This document shows, piece by piece, positions 46,819-55,220 of a DNA stretch of 64,000 nt; within the stretch, counting starts at the first letter, position 1, and every line of letters begins with the position of its first letter. The notes beneath the pieces were generated by a model that made no database searches, was not told the origin of the DNA, and was given only the letters and a program-made list of their open reading frames with translations. The translations under genes were made by a program, and so were the position numbers. Origin of the DNA: an uncultured Gammaproteobacteria bacterium. GTDB lineage: Bacteria; Patescibacteriota; Microgenomatia; Levybacterales; UBA12049. The DNA is taken from assembly GCA_964637955.1 (NCBI GenBank), contig CAZWXQ010000002.1:199782-263781 (forward strand), in the 5' to 3' direction.

Positions 46819-47469
46819 TTATCCAACTGAAGTAGCTACCTGACGTTCATTGTTCATAGTAAATGAAGTTCCATGTTTTTTGGCCATAGATTTATACTGA
46901 CGTGCTTGTTTTTTGCCATTAATTGCACTGAACCATGCCAAAGAATCATCAACGCTCATTCGAAGCTCATGAATGAAGCTAAGCATTTTATCTAAGAAGT
47001 TAAGGTGATAAATTCCAACCTGTTCTCCAGTTTGTTCCATAGCAATAACTTCTACTTTTTGCTTTAACTCTCCTGAGCTTTCAGTTAGTTGTTTAATTTC
47101 AATCATTATTTGATGAAGTCTAACTTCAACCTCTTGGGAATGCTTCGCATCTGCTCTTTCTCCCGCATGCGTGATTTCACGCATATATTTTTGCCCTGCT
47201 TCTGTAACTGCATGTGCTTTTTCATGGAGACTGCCTAGGTCAAACTCATGGCCCTCTTCTAAAACTCCATGACTCGAGCTATGACCGCCTTCATTGTGGT
47301 CTTCCTGTGGAATTAGAAGTTGGTTCCATGTATCATGGGCTACGCCGTCTGCATTTACTTTAACTTGATCAACTGTGGATCTTACTACGCCGGTTAATGA
47401 CTCTAGGACGTTGTCATTCGTATAGTGTTTTTCCTTCTTTTTGCTGCTAAGAAGCTTAGGTAGATTCAT
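46819..47469 (-). CDS. Hypothetical His-rich protein (216 aa)
   Basis: ORF only. Confidence 0.4.
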   Translation of the reverse strand: MNLPKLLSSKKKEKHYTNDNVLESLTGVVRSTVDQVKVNADGVAHDTWNQLLIPQEDHNEGGHSSSHGVLEEGHEFDLGSLHEKAHAVTEAGQKYMREITHAGERADAKHSQEVEVRLHQIMIEIKQLTESSGELKQKVEVIAMEQTGEQVGIYHLNFLDKMLSFIHELRMSVDDSLAWFSAINGKKQARQYKSMAKKHGTSFTMNNERQVATSVG

Positions 47470-47485
47470 AATTGGCCTTAATTTA

Positions 47486-48367
47486 TCACAGGTTCTTTAG
47501 AAAATCAAGCGTTTTCTGTTGCCTGATTATGCTGGCTAGAAGATATTTATTTGCCTCGAGGCTGGCTTTCTCTTCCGGTACTGCATTCTCAATTGTTTTT
47601 TGAATTTCAGCTTCTTCAACAGTTATTTTTTCATCTTGGGCGATTTTCTGAAGAATGAATTCAAGCTTTAAATCAGCTTCTGCCTTTTTTGCATAATCAG
47701 CCCTTAAATCTTCAGCGCTTTTTCCTGTCGAAGTTAGATAGCTTTCAAGAGTCATTCCAAGCTTTTTGATTTCATCAAGCATTTGAGAGATAAGCCTGTC
47801 AGCTTCTCTCTGAATAAGTATGCCAGGAATTGTAATCTTAGCGGTTTCAAGTATTTTTCCCACGATCTCTTCAAATTTTGGAGCTTCTGTTTCTTTTCCT
47901 GGAACAACGATCTTACTTTTAGCTGTTATTTTTTTAACCTCAGCCTTATAATTTCCTAAATCAATTTCCGGAAATTCGCAAGTAATTGCATGAAATAGCC
48001 AATCTTGACCTTCTGTTAATTCTCCATCAACATGAATTTGAGGATCAATAATAGGTTTTATATTATTTTCTCTAATCGCGGATGCATAGGCTGGAGGTAA
48101 AAGATGCTTTATGACTTCATCCTTAATTTTTGCTTTGTCTAATCTTTCTTCAACAAGCTTAACTGGAGCCTTCCCTTTTCTAAATCCTGGAAGATTTACA
48201 TTAGCTGCCATTGCTTGGACTGCTTTTCCCCACTCTGCTTGAATATCCTTCCAATAAAGAGTAATTCTCAGTTCAATTGTGCCATCCTGACCCCTCTCAA
48301 TTGGCTTGTGAGCTACTTCTGCTGGTTCTTTGACTGTCTTTGTTTCTTTTTTAACTGCTTTTGCCAT
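47486..48367 (-). CDS. tig: Trigger factor-like chaperone (293 aa, short form; PPIase domain apparently absent)
   Basis: N-terminal ribosome-binding signature GFRKGKAPVKLV. Confidence 0.65.
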   Translation of the reverse strand: MAKAVKKETKTVKEPAEVAHKPIERGQDGTIELRITLYWKDIQAEWGKAVQAMAANVNLPGFRKGKAPVKLVEERLDKAKIKDEVIKHLLPPAYASAIRENNIKPIIDPQIHVDGELTEGQDWLFHAITCEFPEIDLGNYKAEVKKITAKSKIVVPGKETEAPKFEEIVGKILETAKITIPGILIQREADRLISQMLDEIKKLGMTLESYLTSTGKSAEDLRADYAKKAEADLKLEFILQKIAQDEKITVEEAEIQKTIENAVPEEKASLEANKYLLASIIRQQKTLDFLKNL

Positions 48368-48391
48368 ATTGTTTATTTTATTTGTTGAATT

Positions 48392-48736
48392 TTACTGTTT
48401 TGTTTCTCTGTTTGCAAGTTCTTCTCGTATCTCATTTAGTCTAGTCTGAGTATTTACAAGTCTTTGAAATCTAGTAATAGGGCTTATTAAATCATTGCCA
48501 GCACCCTCTGTTAGTCTTGAAATGTCCACCATTCCTTCATCAGTTCTGGGCAACTGACTTAAGTGATAGTCGACCATGATTGAATGACCGAATTGCTGAG
48601 TTTCTAATTCAGCTGTTTCCATAGCTTTTAAGTCGATTTCTATACTTTTTATCATATTAATTCTGCAGATTTGAAAATATTTTTTTCTTGAGTATTGTTC
48701 TATGGATTCCTTTGCGAATCTGGTGCGGATCAGCAA
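48392..48736 (-). CDS. Hypothetical protein (114 aa)
   Basis: ORF only. Confidence 0.3.
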   Translation of the reverse strand: MLIRTRFAKESIEQYSRKKYFQICRINMIKSIEIDLKAMETAELETQQFGHSIMVDYHLSQLPRTDEGMVDISRLTEGAGNDLISPITRFQRLVNTQTRLNEIREELANRETKQ

Positions 48737-48787
48737 GCATATTATTCCCTACTTGTCTTGCAATCCCACCGAGTTTCGCGAAACTCG

Positions 48788-48804
48788 GTGCGGATGAGAG
48801 GACT
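48788..48804 (-). repeat. 17-nt direct repeat of the tRNA-Leu 3-prime end (GTGCGGATGAGAGGACT), 108 nt downstream of the tRNA
   Basis: Identical to 48912-48928. Adjacent perfect 12-bp hairpin CACCGAGTTTCG/CGAAACTCGGTG. A third partial copy GGTGCGGAT at 48722-48730. Confidence 0.8.
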
Positions 48805-48912
48805 TCCTTCGTCTACGCTCAGGATTGCCATTGCTTTCGCAATGTCTGACTTCTCGTCCTTTCCGCCCTTCGCCTCGTTTTGCTTAATAAATAAGCAAAT
48901 CGTGTCGAAGTG

Positions 48913-48996
48913 TGCGGATGAGAGGACTCGAACCTCCACGCTTTTTAAGGGCACAAGATCCTAAATCTTGCGTGTCTACCATTCCACCACATCCGC
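48913..48996 (-). tRNA. tRNA-Leu (anticodon TAG), class II with long variable arm
   Basis: GCGGATGTGGTGGAATGGTAGACACGCAAGATTTAGGATCTTGTGCCCTTAAAAAGCGTGGAGGTTCGAGTCCTCTCATCCGCA. Confidence 0.8.
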
Positions 48997-49148
48997 GCGT
49001 CGAATGCACAGCTTTTGGTCTTCGCTTCGACTTTGTCGAAGCTTTAACCTATCGCTGGCTTCTCCTTTTCAAAATCCTTCAGATTTTGAGCAAGAAACTG
49101 GCTGCGGCCAAAAAAGGACGAGCCCAGGACGCGAATATTATATCCTAT

Positions 49149-49697
49149 TTATAAAGCTAGGGATAGAGTGGTTTTAGATTTTTTTACTCTGTAATCTTCA
49201 ATTTGATTCATGAAATAAGTAACTCTAACTGCCCATGTGGGTGAAGCAGCATATTTAGGACCAATTAGGTATGGATCAGAATACTGACCTTCAGCTAAAT
49301 AGCCTTCATGTATTCCCTTAGAGATAGTTCCAATTCCCTCATCCCATGAATTAAATCTTTTAACGTTGTCTCCGTATATTCCCCAACCCCATCCATTATA
49401 AGAGTTATATGGAATATGTTTTCCGAAAGATGATTCAAGCCCAGCAATTGAAGCTACAAGCCTCCAGTCAAGGTTATATTTGTCAGCATTTTCCACGAAA
49501 TCCTGCGCATATGGCGCAAGCGGAGAATTTTTTTCTTCAAGATATTCTCTTAATATAGCAATACGATTATCTTCATTTTTAAGCGCGATAGCTGAGTTAA
49601 GTGACGCAGATGTCCTCGATGCTTCATAAGCAAAGGTATCTTGCGTACTTATAAAAAGTAATAAAATAACAGTAATGATAATAAGGAATTTTTTCAT
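49149..49697 (-). CDS. Secreted peptidoglycan hydrolase, GH73 glucosaminidase-like domain (paralog 1)
   Basis: Signal peptide. PYAQDFVENADKYNLDWRLVASIAGLESSFGK resembles the FlgJ/AcmA glucosaminidase core (A.LESGWG). Confidence 0.45.
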   Translation of the reverse strand: MKKFLIIITVILLLFISTQDTFAYEASRTSASLNSAIALKNEDNRIAILREYLEEKNSPLAPYAQDFVENADKYNLDWRLVASIAGLESSFGKHIPYNSYNGWGWGIYGDNVKRFNSWDEGIGTISKGIHEGYLAEGQYSDPYLIGPKYAASPTWAVRVTYFMNQIEDYRVKKSKTTLSLAL

Positions 49698-49807
49698 AGA
49701 TTTTTTATTTCTACTTCAAGTGTTTTTGAAGTATTAAATTTTATGGTTCACTAAATTGAGTATTTAGTTCAGAGTCCTACTTCGCTAATGCTTGTAAGAT
49801 TTAAACC

Positions 49808-49852
49808 ATAAAAAAATCCTAACGTGAGCATTTGGAAAGGCACACCTTAGGA
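49808..49852 (-). terminator. Intrinsic terminator (AUCCUAA..UUAGGAU long hairpin plus U7) downstream of 49972..50541
   Basis: Plus strand reads aaaaaaatcctaacgtgagcatttggaaaggcacaccttaggat. Confidence 0.5.
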
Positions 49853-49862
49853 TCTAAAAAGA

Positions 49863-49891
49863 ATTATAACATGGACTATAGGGTTTGTCAA
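49863..49891 (-). promoter_or_regulatory. Perfect consensus sigma70 promoter TTGACA-17-TATAAT located immediately upstream of the terminator hairpin
   Basis: -35 at plus 49886-49891 (tgtcaa). -10 at plus 49863-49868 (attata). Confidence 0.5.
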
Positions 49892-49971
49892 GTACCAACT
49901 ATAGGTCACATGTTGTGACATCTATTTATTTAGCCTTGAAATTGAGGGTTTTAAAGTATACTTGAGGCTAA

Positions 49972-50541
49972 TTACTCTAGTTCAGCCATGAAGTGGGACA
50001 CCTTTTCAGCCCAATTATTGGTATTGCTTGGGTTATACATTTTTCCTATTTCAAATGGAGTTACTAAGCCTCTATCTCTATATTTGGTTGAAAGTGTCTT
50101 AGAAATGGTTTCAATGGCTTCAGGATAGTTACTAAAACGCGTTACCTTTCCTCCATATATTCCCCATCCCCAACAATTATTCGAGTCTACTGGAGTCCTT
50201 TTGCAAAGATTACTTTCCTGCATAGCTATTGCTGGTAAAAGCCTGAAATCTAGGTCATAACGTTTTGCAGCAGCGACTATGTCAGGAGCATAAGGTTCAA
50301 GTGGTGAATTGTGTTTTTCTAAGAATTGTCTAACTATCTCAGTCTGAGAATCTTCCTGGCCGATTGTAGCTGAAAACGCTTCATCAGACGGTGGAAGCGC
50401 AGCATAAGCTATGCCTGTGGACCTGGCTCCTAGGACCTGCCCATCTTTTACAGTATATAAATAGGATAAGTAGAAGATGCAGAGAAAAATCATAAGAGGA
50501 GTCCCGACAAAGAAGCTAACCATTACTAGAATTTTTCTCAT
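49972..50541 (-). CDS. Secreted/membrane-anchored GH73 glucosaminidase-like peptidoglycan hydrolase (paralog 2)
   Basis: PYAPDIVAAAKRYDLDFRLLPAIAMQESNLCK. Same domain as 49149..49697. Confidence 0.45.
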   Translation of the reverse strand: MRKILVMVSFFVGTPLMIFLCIFYLSYLYTVKDGQVLGARSTGIAYAALPPSDEAFSATIGQEDSQTEIVRQFLEKHNSPLEPYAPDIVAAAKRYDLDFRLLPAIAMQESNLCKRTPVDSNNCWGWGIYGGKVTRFSNYPEAIETISKTLSTKYRDRGLVTPFEIGKMYNPSNTNNWAEKVSHFMAELE

Positions 50542-50652
50542 GTCAAACTATTTTGCCAAATCTTGCACTTTTAAGTCAACTGAAACGAAATAGCTCAAAG
50601 AGTAATTTTCTAACACCATTCTAAGTCCTATAGTTGACTTATTGAGCCTAAA

Positions 50653-51477
50653 ATGTTAATATTGCGCATGAGTTTAGAAGCAGGACCTATTGGACCATTT
50701 AGATTTGCGAGTCCTGATGCTGGGCAATCTCCTCGAATAGATGGCCTTCACATCCCGCCAGAAAACCCCTACGATCGAATCCTGAGAATGAATGAGCAAG
50801 AGCTATTTGACTATCTTCGTAAAGATATTACAAGAGCTGAGTATGAACTTTATGGTGAAACTGATGTAGAAGCAAAGCTGGCGTTTGCAGGAGGTTCATT
50901 AGAGGACGATATTTCGCAGTTAACAACTTTTGAAGGGAACACGATTTATGCAAATCCACCTAAGTATGCGAAAGATTCAGAAGCAATTGAATTTATTTCA
51001 ATGGCAGGACGCGTTTTAAATGAAGGCGGAGATGTTGTTGATTTAGTATCTGAAGCTTCGGATTTATTTTATAATTTCACATATTTAGCTGAGAATGACA
51101 AGGATAAAGGACATAGAGAGAGAGGGCATAAACATGCTCCGGACTATGTTTATTTAATGAGTCAAATTGCAGGTTCATTAGGATGGGAGCCAATCCATGC
51201 TCTCCGAGCAGCTACAATGAAGTATCACAGAAGATTTATTGATAAAAAAGAAAAAGATCCAAAAGGAGAAAAAGCTATGATGAGTGAATTAATGTATGGA
51301 ACACAGCTAAAATCGTCTTCGATTCCAGTTCCTAATCTTGATCAGGTAAATACAGCTCGAAGGATAGTATCAGGAATCACTAAAAATACACTTCATCATA
51401 GGTATTTAGAGATTAGAGAGCAGAAGAGGCTTGCTGCTTCAGGTCAGATATATCCCTCCTGGTCAATTAAAGCTTGA
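50653..51477 (+). CDS. Hypothetical protein (274 aa)
   Basis: ORF only. Confidence 0.4.
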   Translation: MLILRMSLEAGPIGPFRFASPDAGQSPRIDGLHIPPENPYDRILRMNEQELFDYLRKDITRAEYELYGETDVEAKLAFAGGSLEDDISQLTTFEGNTIYANPPKYAKDSEAIEFISMAGRVLNEGGDVVDLVSEASDLFYNFTYLAENDKDKGHRERGHKHAPDYVYLMSQIAGSLGWEPIHALRAATMKYHRRFIDKKEKDPKGEKAMMSELMYGTQLKSSSIPVPNLDQVNTARRIVSGITKNTLHHRYLEIREQKRLAASGQIYPSWSIKA

Positions 51478-51576
51478 GTGGCGGATAAGTTTTGAGCCTA
51501 CAACATCAAATTAGTAGCATTAATAATATTAAATATATTTGAGTAATTTAGCCTCTTTTGTTATAATTCCAATACT

Positions 51577-51647
51577 GCGGGTATAGTACAATGGTAGTAC
51601 ACCTGGTTGCCAATCAGGTTACAGGGGTTCGATTCCCCTTACCCGCT
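51577..51647 (+). tRNA. tRNA-Gly (anticodon GCC)
   Basis: GCGGGTATAGTACAATGGTAGTACACCTGGTTGCCAATCAGGTTACAGGGGTTCGATTCCCCTTACCCGCT. Cloverleaf verified by hand. Confidence 0.85.
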
Positions 51648-51733
51648 CTGGATTCGGCAAGCTCACCATTCGCGGTGTGCTGGTGGAATCCAGAATGGAG
51701 CGATGAGGAGTTTGCCCTGAGGATGCCGAATGG

Positions 51734-51751
51734 GATTCCCCTTACCCGCTC
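51734..51751 (+). repeat. 18-nt direct repeat of the tRNA-Gly 3-prime end (GATTCCCCTTACCCGCTC), 86 nt downstream
   Basis: Identical to 51631-51648. Confidence 0.8.
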
Positions 51752-51908
51752 AAATTCTGAAGAATTTGAAGGGGTTGAGAACAAATCAATGAAAAACATG
51801 CTTGACCCGTACATGATTTATTTTATAAATAAGTACTACCTTGATTTCTAGCGAAATCAATGGGGGATCCAAATTAAAGAATGCACCTGCCTCATTTATT
51901 AGCCTCTT

Positions 51909-52523
51909 TTGAATATGGAAAAAGACGCAGTCACCGAAAAACCTAAAATCATATCGAAAAGAATATATATAAAATGTCCGGTTGTAACTCCAGATCCGAT
52001 TGTGACAATACAGCAAGATTTAGGTTTGAAGCAAAATGATAGAGTTCCCGTGAATAAGCTTCATCTAACTTTGTTTCATTTAGGAAAACCGGATGAATTA
52101 TTTAATGAAGTTGCTAATAAGAATCCCGATATACATCCAGGTCTTTTTGCTGAGGAATTGTCCAGGGTCTTAAGAGGCACATTGGTCGAAAAAGAAGAGA
52201 TTGACGTTGTGGGAAAAGAACTGGGTTTGTTTGAGAAAAACGCAAAGCCAGTTATTGTCCTTAGGCTTCAAGAGAATGATGAGATCAGAGAGCTTCGAGG
52301 TGAGTTTTTAGGCAGATTTGAGAAATTTTTGGCTAGTTGTGGAATTACTGACATTCCTTCATATATGGAATCTAGTCCAAATCTTAGGTATCAGTCTCAG
52401 GAGAATTTTGATCCTCACATTTCGATAGGATTTCCAGGAGTAAATGTTATTCTTCCGAGGCTAGGCGTATCAAGAATGGGTTTGGTTTTGGGTTCACCGA
52501 GATTGGCAAATAGTGATTTTTAA
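51909..52523 (+). CDS. 2H phosphoesterase family protein (LigT/ThpR-like RNA 2',3'-cyclic phosphodiesterase)
   Basis: Two H-x-T/S-x motifs: HLTLFHLG and HISIGF. Confidence 0.6.
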   Translation: MNMEKDAVTEKPKIISKRIYIKCPVVTPDPIVTIQQDLGLKQNDRVPVNKLHLTLFHLGKPDELFNEVANKNPDIHPGLFAEELSRVLRGTLVEKEEIDVVGKELGLFEKNAKPVIVLRLQENDEIRELRGEFLGRFEKFLASCGITDIPSYMESSPNLRYQSQENFDPHISIGFPGVNVILPRLGVSRMGLVLGSPRLANSDF

Positions 52524-52570
52524 GTTTATTGTTCCATCCGCGAGATCTGGTCGTAGCTGTAGATTAGATA

Positions 52571-53182
52571 TTACTCTATTTCATCATCATTATAATCGTT
52601 ATCATAAAAATTTACTTTTCCGTCATAATCTGTGTCTATGGTATGACTAAAAAAGGGATCAGGTGTTGAGTCAAGAAAATTGCGATTTGGATAAGAATCT
52701 AAGTAATCATAAATACCGTCATGGTCGGTATCAATCTTAAGATAATCAGGAATTTGTTGTGGTGGTGACAGCGGTTGTTCAGGATTAGCATAAACTACTA
52801 TGGTTGGCGCTGGAATAATATGCCTATTGTCAGTTGGATCTTTAAAATCAGGAATTCCATCTTTATCTAAGTCAAAAATCCAATCATTTAGCCCAGGATA
52901 TAAATCAAATTGATTGTAAACACCATCTAAATCTATGTCCTGCAGTAGTGCTAGATCATCTTGACCAGGATGTTTATCATCCATGTTATTTACTGTGTCA
53001 CAATCAAGATCTCCAAGATTAAAAATTATAGGATTATTGCTGTCGCAACTACTTGGGTATGGACCATTATTGTTTGAATTGTCTAAATATACTGAAATTC
53101 CTCCTATTGTAAGTGCAGTACCTAAAATAATCGTAACATACTTAGAAGTGGTTGAATCTTTTTTAATCGGTATTTCGGTCAT
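52571..53182 (-). CDS. Membrane-anchored protein with thrombospondin type-3-like Ca-binding repeats (DxDxDGxxD)
   Basis: Repeated DLDGVYNQFD, DLDKDGIPDFKD, DTDHDGIYDYLD, DTDYDGKVNFYD. Confidence 0.45.
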   Translation of the reverse strand: MTEIPIKKDSTTSKYVTIILGTALTIGGISVYLDNSNNNGPYPSSCDSNNPIIFNLGDLDCDTVNNMDDKHPGQDDLALLQDIDLDGVYNQFDLYPGLNDWIFDLDKDGIPDFKDPTDNRHIIPAPTIVVYANPEQPLSPPQQIPDYLKIDTDHDGIYDYLDSYPNRNFLDSTPDPFFSHTIDTDYDGKVNFYDNDYNDDEIE

Positions 53183-53184
53183 AG

Positions 53185-54003
53185 TTATTGATTCCAGCCT
53201 CTGGATCTTGCATAATTATATACTAATTCCGAAGCTCCGCCATATGCTTTTAATCCTGCTTCTACTCCACCATGTGCGGCCAGGAAGTTTGCAGCTCCAA
53301 AAATAGCATCTATTGCATTATTTATGTCCGCGTTTCCATCGCCATTTCCATCAATTCCATATGCTGCCCAAGTTCCAGGCATGAATTGGAGTGGGCCTTG
53401 TGCTCCCGTTCCGTATCCTGAAGTTATGGCTCCGTCTCTCCCTCCTGTTTCCATGTGATGTATTCCATAAAGAATCTCCCATGGCACGCCAAATCTAGAG
53501 CCAGCTTGTCGGTATGCCTCGTCAAAATTTGAAGGGCCAGCTTGAGGGACGTTTATTCCTTTTATCTCACCTGTAGGAGTAGGGGCTTGGCTTGGTGTCG
53601 GTGAAGGTTTGGTTAGTACATCGTAAATAGTTTGTAAATCTTCGTTTAAATCTTCCACTTTTTCAGGCTTAGTACTTTTAATTTTAATTTCCATTCCTGC
53701 ATGTATTACTCTTGGATCCTTTATAGAAGGGTTATCGTTCCAAAGATTAGTCCAAAATTTTGATCCTCCATAATAATCCTTAGCGATGCTGTCTAAAGTT
53801 TCCCCCGATTCTACTACATGGATAGTTGGCTCAACTGGTTTTTCTGTTGGTTTGGGAGTCGGTGAGTTTTTTACTGTTTGAGTGAGGACTGTGGAAGTTG
53901 AAGGCGAAGGAGCTGGAGTAATAGATTTTTGAATCTTCTCCTGCGCACTGCTAGTCGGAAAAATGGTAAGCAGAATAATAGCTCCTGCGACTATCATTTC
54001 CAT
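53185..54003 (-). CDS. LysM domain-containing lytic transglycosylase (SLT/MltB-like C-terminal domain)
   Basis: LysM: HVVESGETLDSIAKDYYG. C-terminus: GPLQFMPGTWAAYGIDGNGDGNADINN. Confidence 0.6.
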   Translation of the reverse strand: MEMIVAGAIILLTIFPTSSAQEKIQKSITPAPSPSTSTVLTQTVKNSPTPKPTEKPVEPTIHVVESGETLDSIAKDYYGGSKFWTNLWNDNPSIKDPRVIHAGMEIKIKSTKPEKVEDLNEDLQTIYDVLTKPSPTPSQAPTPTGEIKGINVPQAGPSNFDEAYRQAGSRFGVPWEILYGIHHMETGGRDGAITSGYGTGAQGPLQFMPGTWAAYGIDGNGDGNADINNAIDAIFGAANFLAAHGGVEAGLKAYGGASELVYNYARSRGWNQ

Positions 54004-54033
54004 GAGAATAAATATTAGCAGAAGGATATTTTT

Positions 54034-54639
54034 TTGTCAAAAATGAGGCTAATTTTATGCTATGCTAAATTAATGAATATCAGATTTATTCTGTGGTTGT
54101 CCGGATGCTTTTTAATCACTATATTTTGTGGACTAGTTTATATTTCTTCTCAGCAAATCATCAGACATTCTGCCAATTATCCCCTAGTGGAAATTGCTTC
54201 AGATATTTCCAATGCGTCAAGAGTAAGTCAGATTGAGCTTGATAATTCTTTGCCCAAACAAAAAGTAGATGCAATTTATAGTAGTGGTTCACCATATGTA
54301 ATAATCTTTGATTCCAAATTTAATATTATTGCTACAAATGCAACAGCCGAGGGAAAGCAAATTGAGGAAAAACCACCTTTTGGTGTATTTGAGAATGTAT
54401 CTGATAATTTGCCTTACTTTTTTACCTGGGAGCCGGTGTCTAGCTTTAGGTATGCCACTGTAGTTCGGGAAATTAAATTAGACAATAAAAAAGGCTATGT
54501 TTTAGTAGCCAGATCGTTAGGATATGTTGAACAGCTTGGGAAACAAATGTTTATTTATGCTGTATTTGCCTGGATTTTGGGTATTGGTGTCGTATCCATT
54601 GCAGCTATTCTAATTTCAAAATGTTCAAAGAAAAAATAA
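54034..54639 (+). CDS. Hypothetical membrane protein (201 aa)
   Basis: N- and C-terminal TM helices. Confidence 0.4.
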   Translation: MSKMRLILCYAKLMNIRFILWLSGCFLITIFCGLVYISSQQIIRHSANYPLVEIASDISNASRVSQIELDNSLPKQKVDAIYSSGSPYVIIFDSKFNIIATNATAEGKQIEEKPPFGVFENVSDNLPYFFTWEPVSSFRYATVVREIKLDNKKGYVLVARSLGYVEQLGKQMFIYAVFAWILGIGVVSIAAILISKCSKKK

Positions 54640-54668
54640 AACTCCGCTTTTAAAACGGAGTTTTATTT
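54636..54668. terminator. Bidirectional intrinsic terminator (AAACTCCG-loop-CGGAGTTT flanked by A- and T-runs)
   Basis: aaaataaaactccgcttttaaaacggagttttatttat, between convergent genes. Confidence 0.6.
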
Positions 54669-54681
54669 ATATTTGTTAAGT

Positions 54682-55101
54682 TTAATTTCCAGAATCTACT
54701 TTGACCTGAATTTTTTTAGGTTGAGATTTGGGAGATTTTGCAAAAGAAATTTTCATTACACCATGCTTATAATTTGCAGATGGTTCCTGATTTTGATCTA
54801 TTTCTCCTGGAACTGCAACCCTATACGAGAATGATCTTGTAGCTTCTCTATAATATTTTCTTGATTTGTCTTTTTCTTCCTCTTTTGTTTCGCCTTTTAT
54901 CCATAGATTTCCATCGTGGAAAGTTATATCTATATTTTTTGGATCGATTCCTGGAACTGAAGCCTCAACATAGATATGAGTATCATCTTCTGAAACTGAA
55001 AGTCCACCTGTGGTGTTAGAGATTGTTGGAATCAGATCTTCATCCTCGTTCCAGATAGATGGGAAATTAAATAACCTACTTGGAACTAAATCATATGACA
55101 T
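54682..55101 (-). CDS. Small heat-shock protein, Hsp20/alpha-crystallin family
   Basis: Alpha-crystallin domain (GVMKISFAK, IPGIDPKNIDITFHDGNLWIKGE). ATG at 55101 preceded by GAAAGGAGGTGAATTAT. Confidence 0.75.
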   Translation of the reverse strand: MSYDLVPSRLFNFPSIWNEDEDLIPTISNTTGGLSVSEDDTHIYVEASVPGIDPKNIDITFHDGNLWIKGETKEEEKDKSRKYYREATRSFSYRVAVPGEIDQNQEPSANYKHGVMKISFAKSPKSQPKKIQVKVDSGN

Positions 55102-55129
55102 ATAATTCACCTCCTTTCTTGTTCTAGTA

Positions 55130-55166
55130 TTAGCACTAATATACTACGAGTGCTAACTCTTGTCAA
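55130..55166 (-). promoter_or_regulatory. CIRCE-like HrcA operator (TTAGCACT-N10/9-GAGTGCTAA) overlapping a TTGACA-17-TATATT promoter of the hsp20 gene
   Basis: Plus strand reads ttagcactaatatactacgagtgctaactcttgtcaa. CIRCE consensus is TTAGCACTC-N9-GAGTGCTAA. Confidence 0.65.
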
Positions 55167-55220
55167 GAGATAAATTTATATGAGTTATTAAGATTAAAAT
55201 AAAATTTAAATAATGAAATT

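Noticed and set aside
45082-48912. Calling the tRNA-bounded segment a prophage or integrative element
   Set aside because: No integrase, recombinase, capsid, terminase or other phage/ICE hallmark genes. Only att-like repeats and compositional hints, so it is reported only as a possible ancient island.
51591-52016. ORFs 51591..51851(+), 51614..51814(-) and 51786..52016(-)
   Set aside because: They overlap tRNA-Gly and its 3-prime repeat, or the promoter region of the 2H phosphoesterase gene. The sequence is explained by the tRNA.
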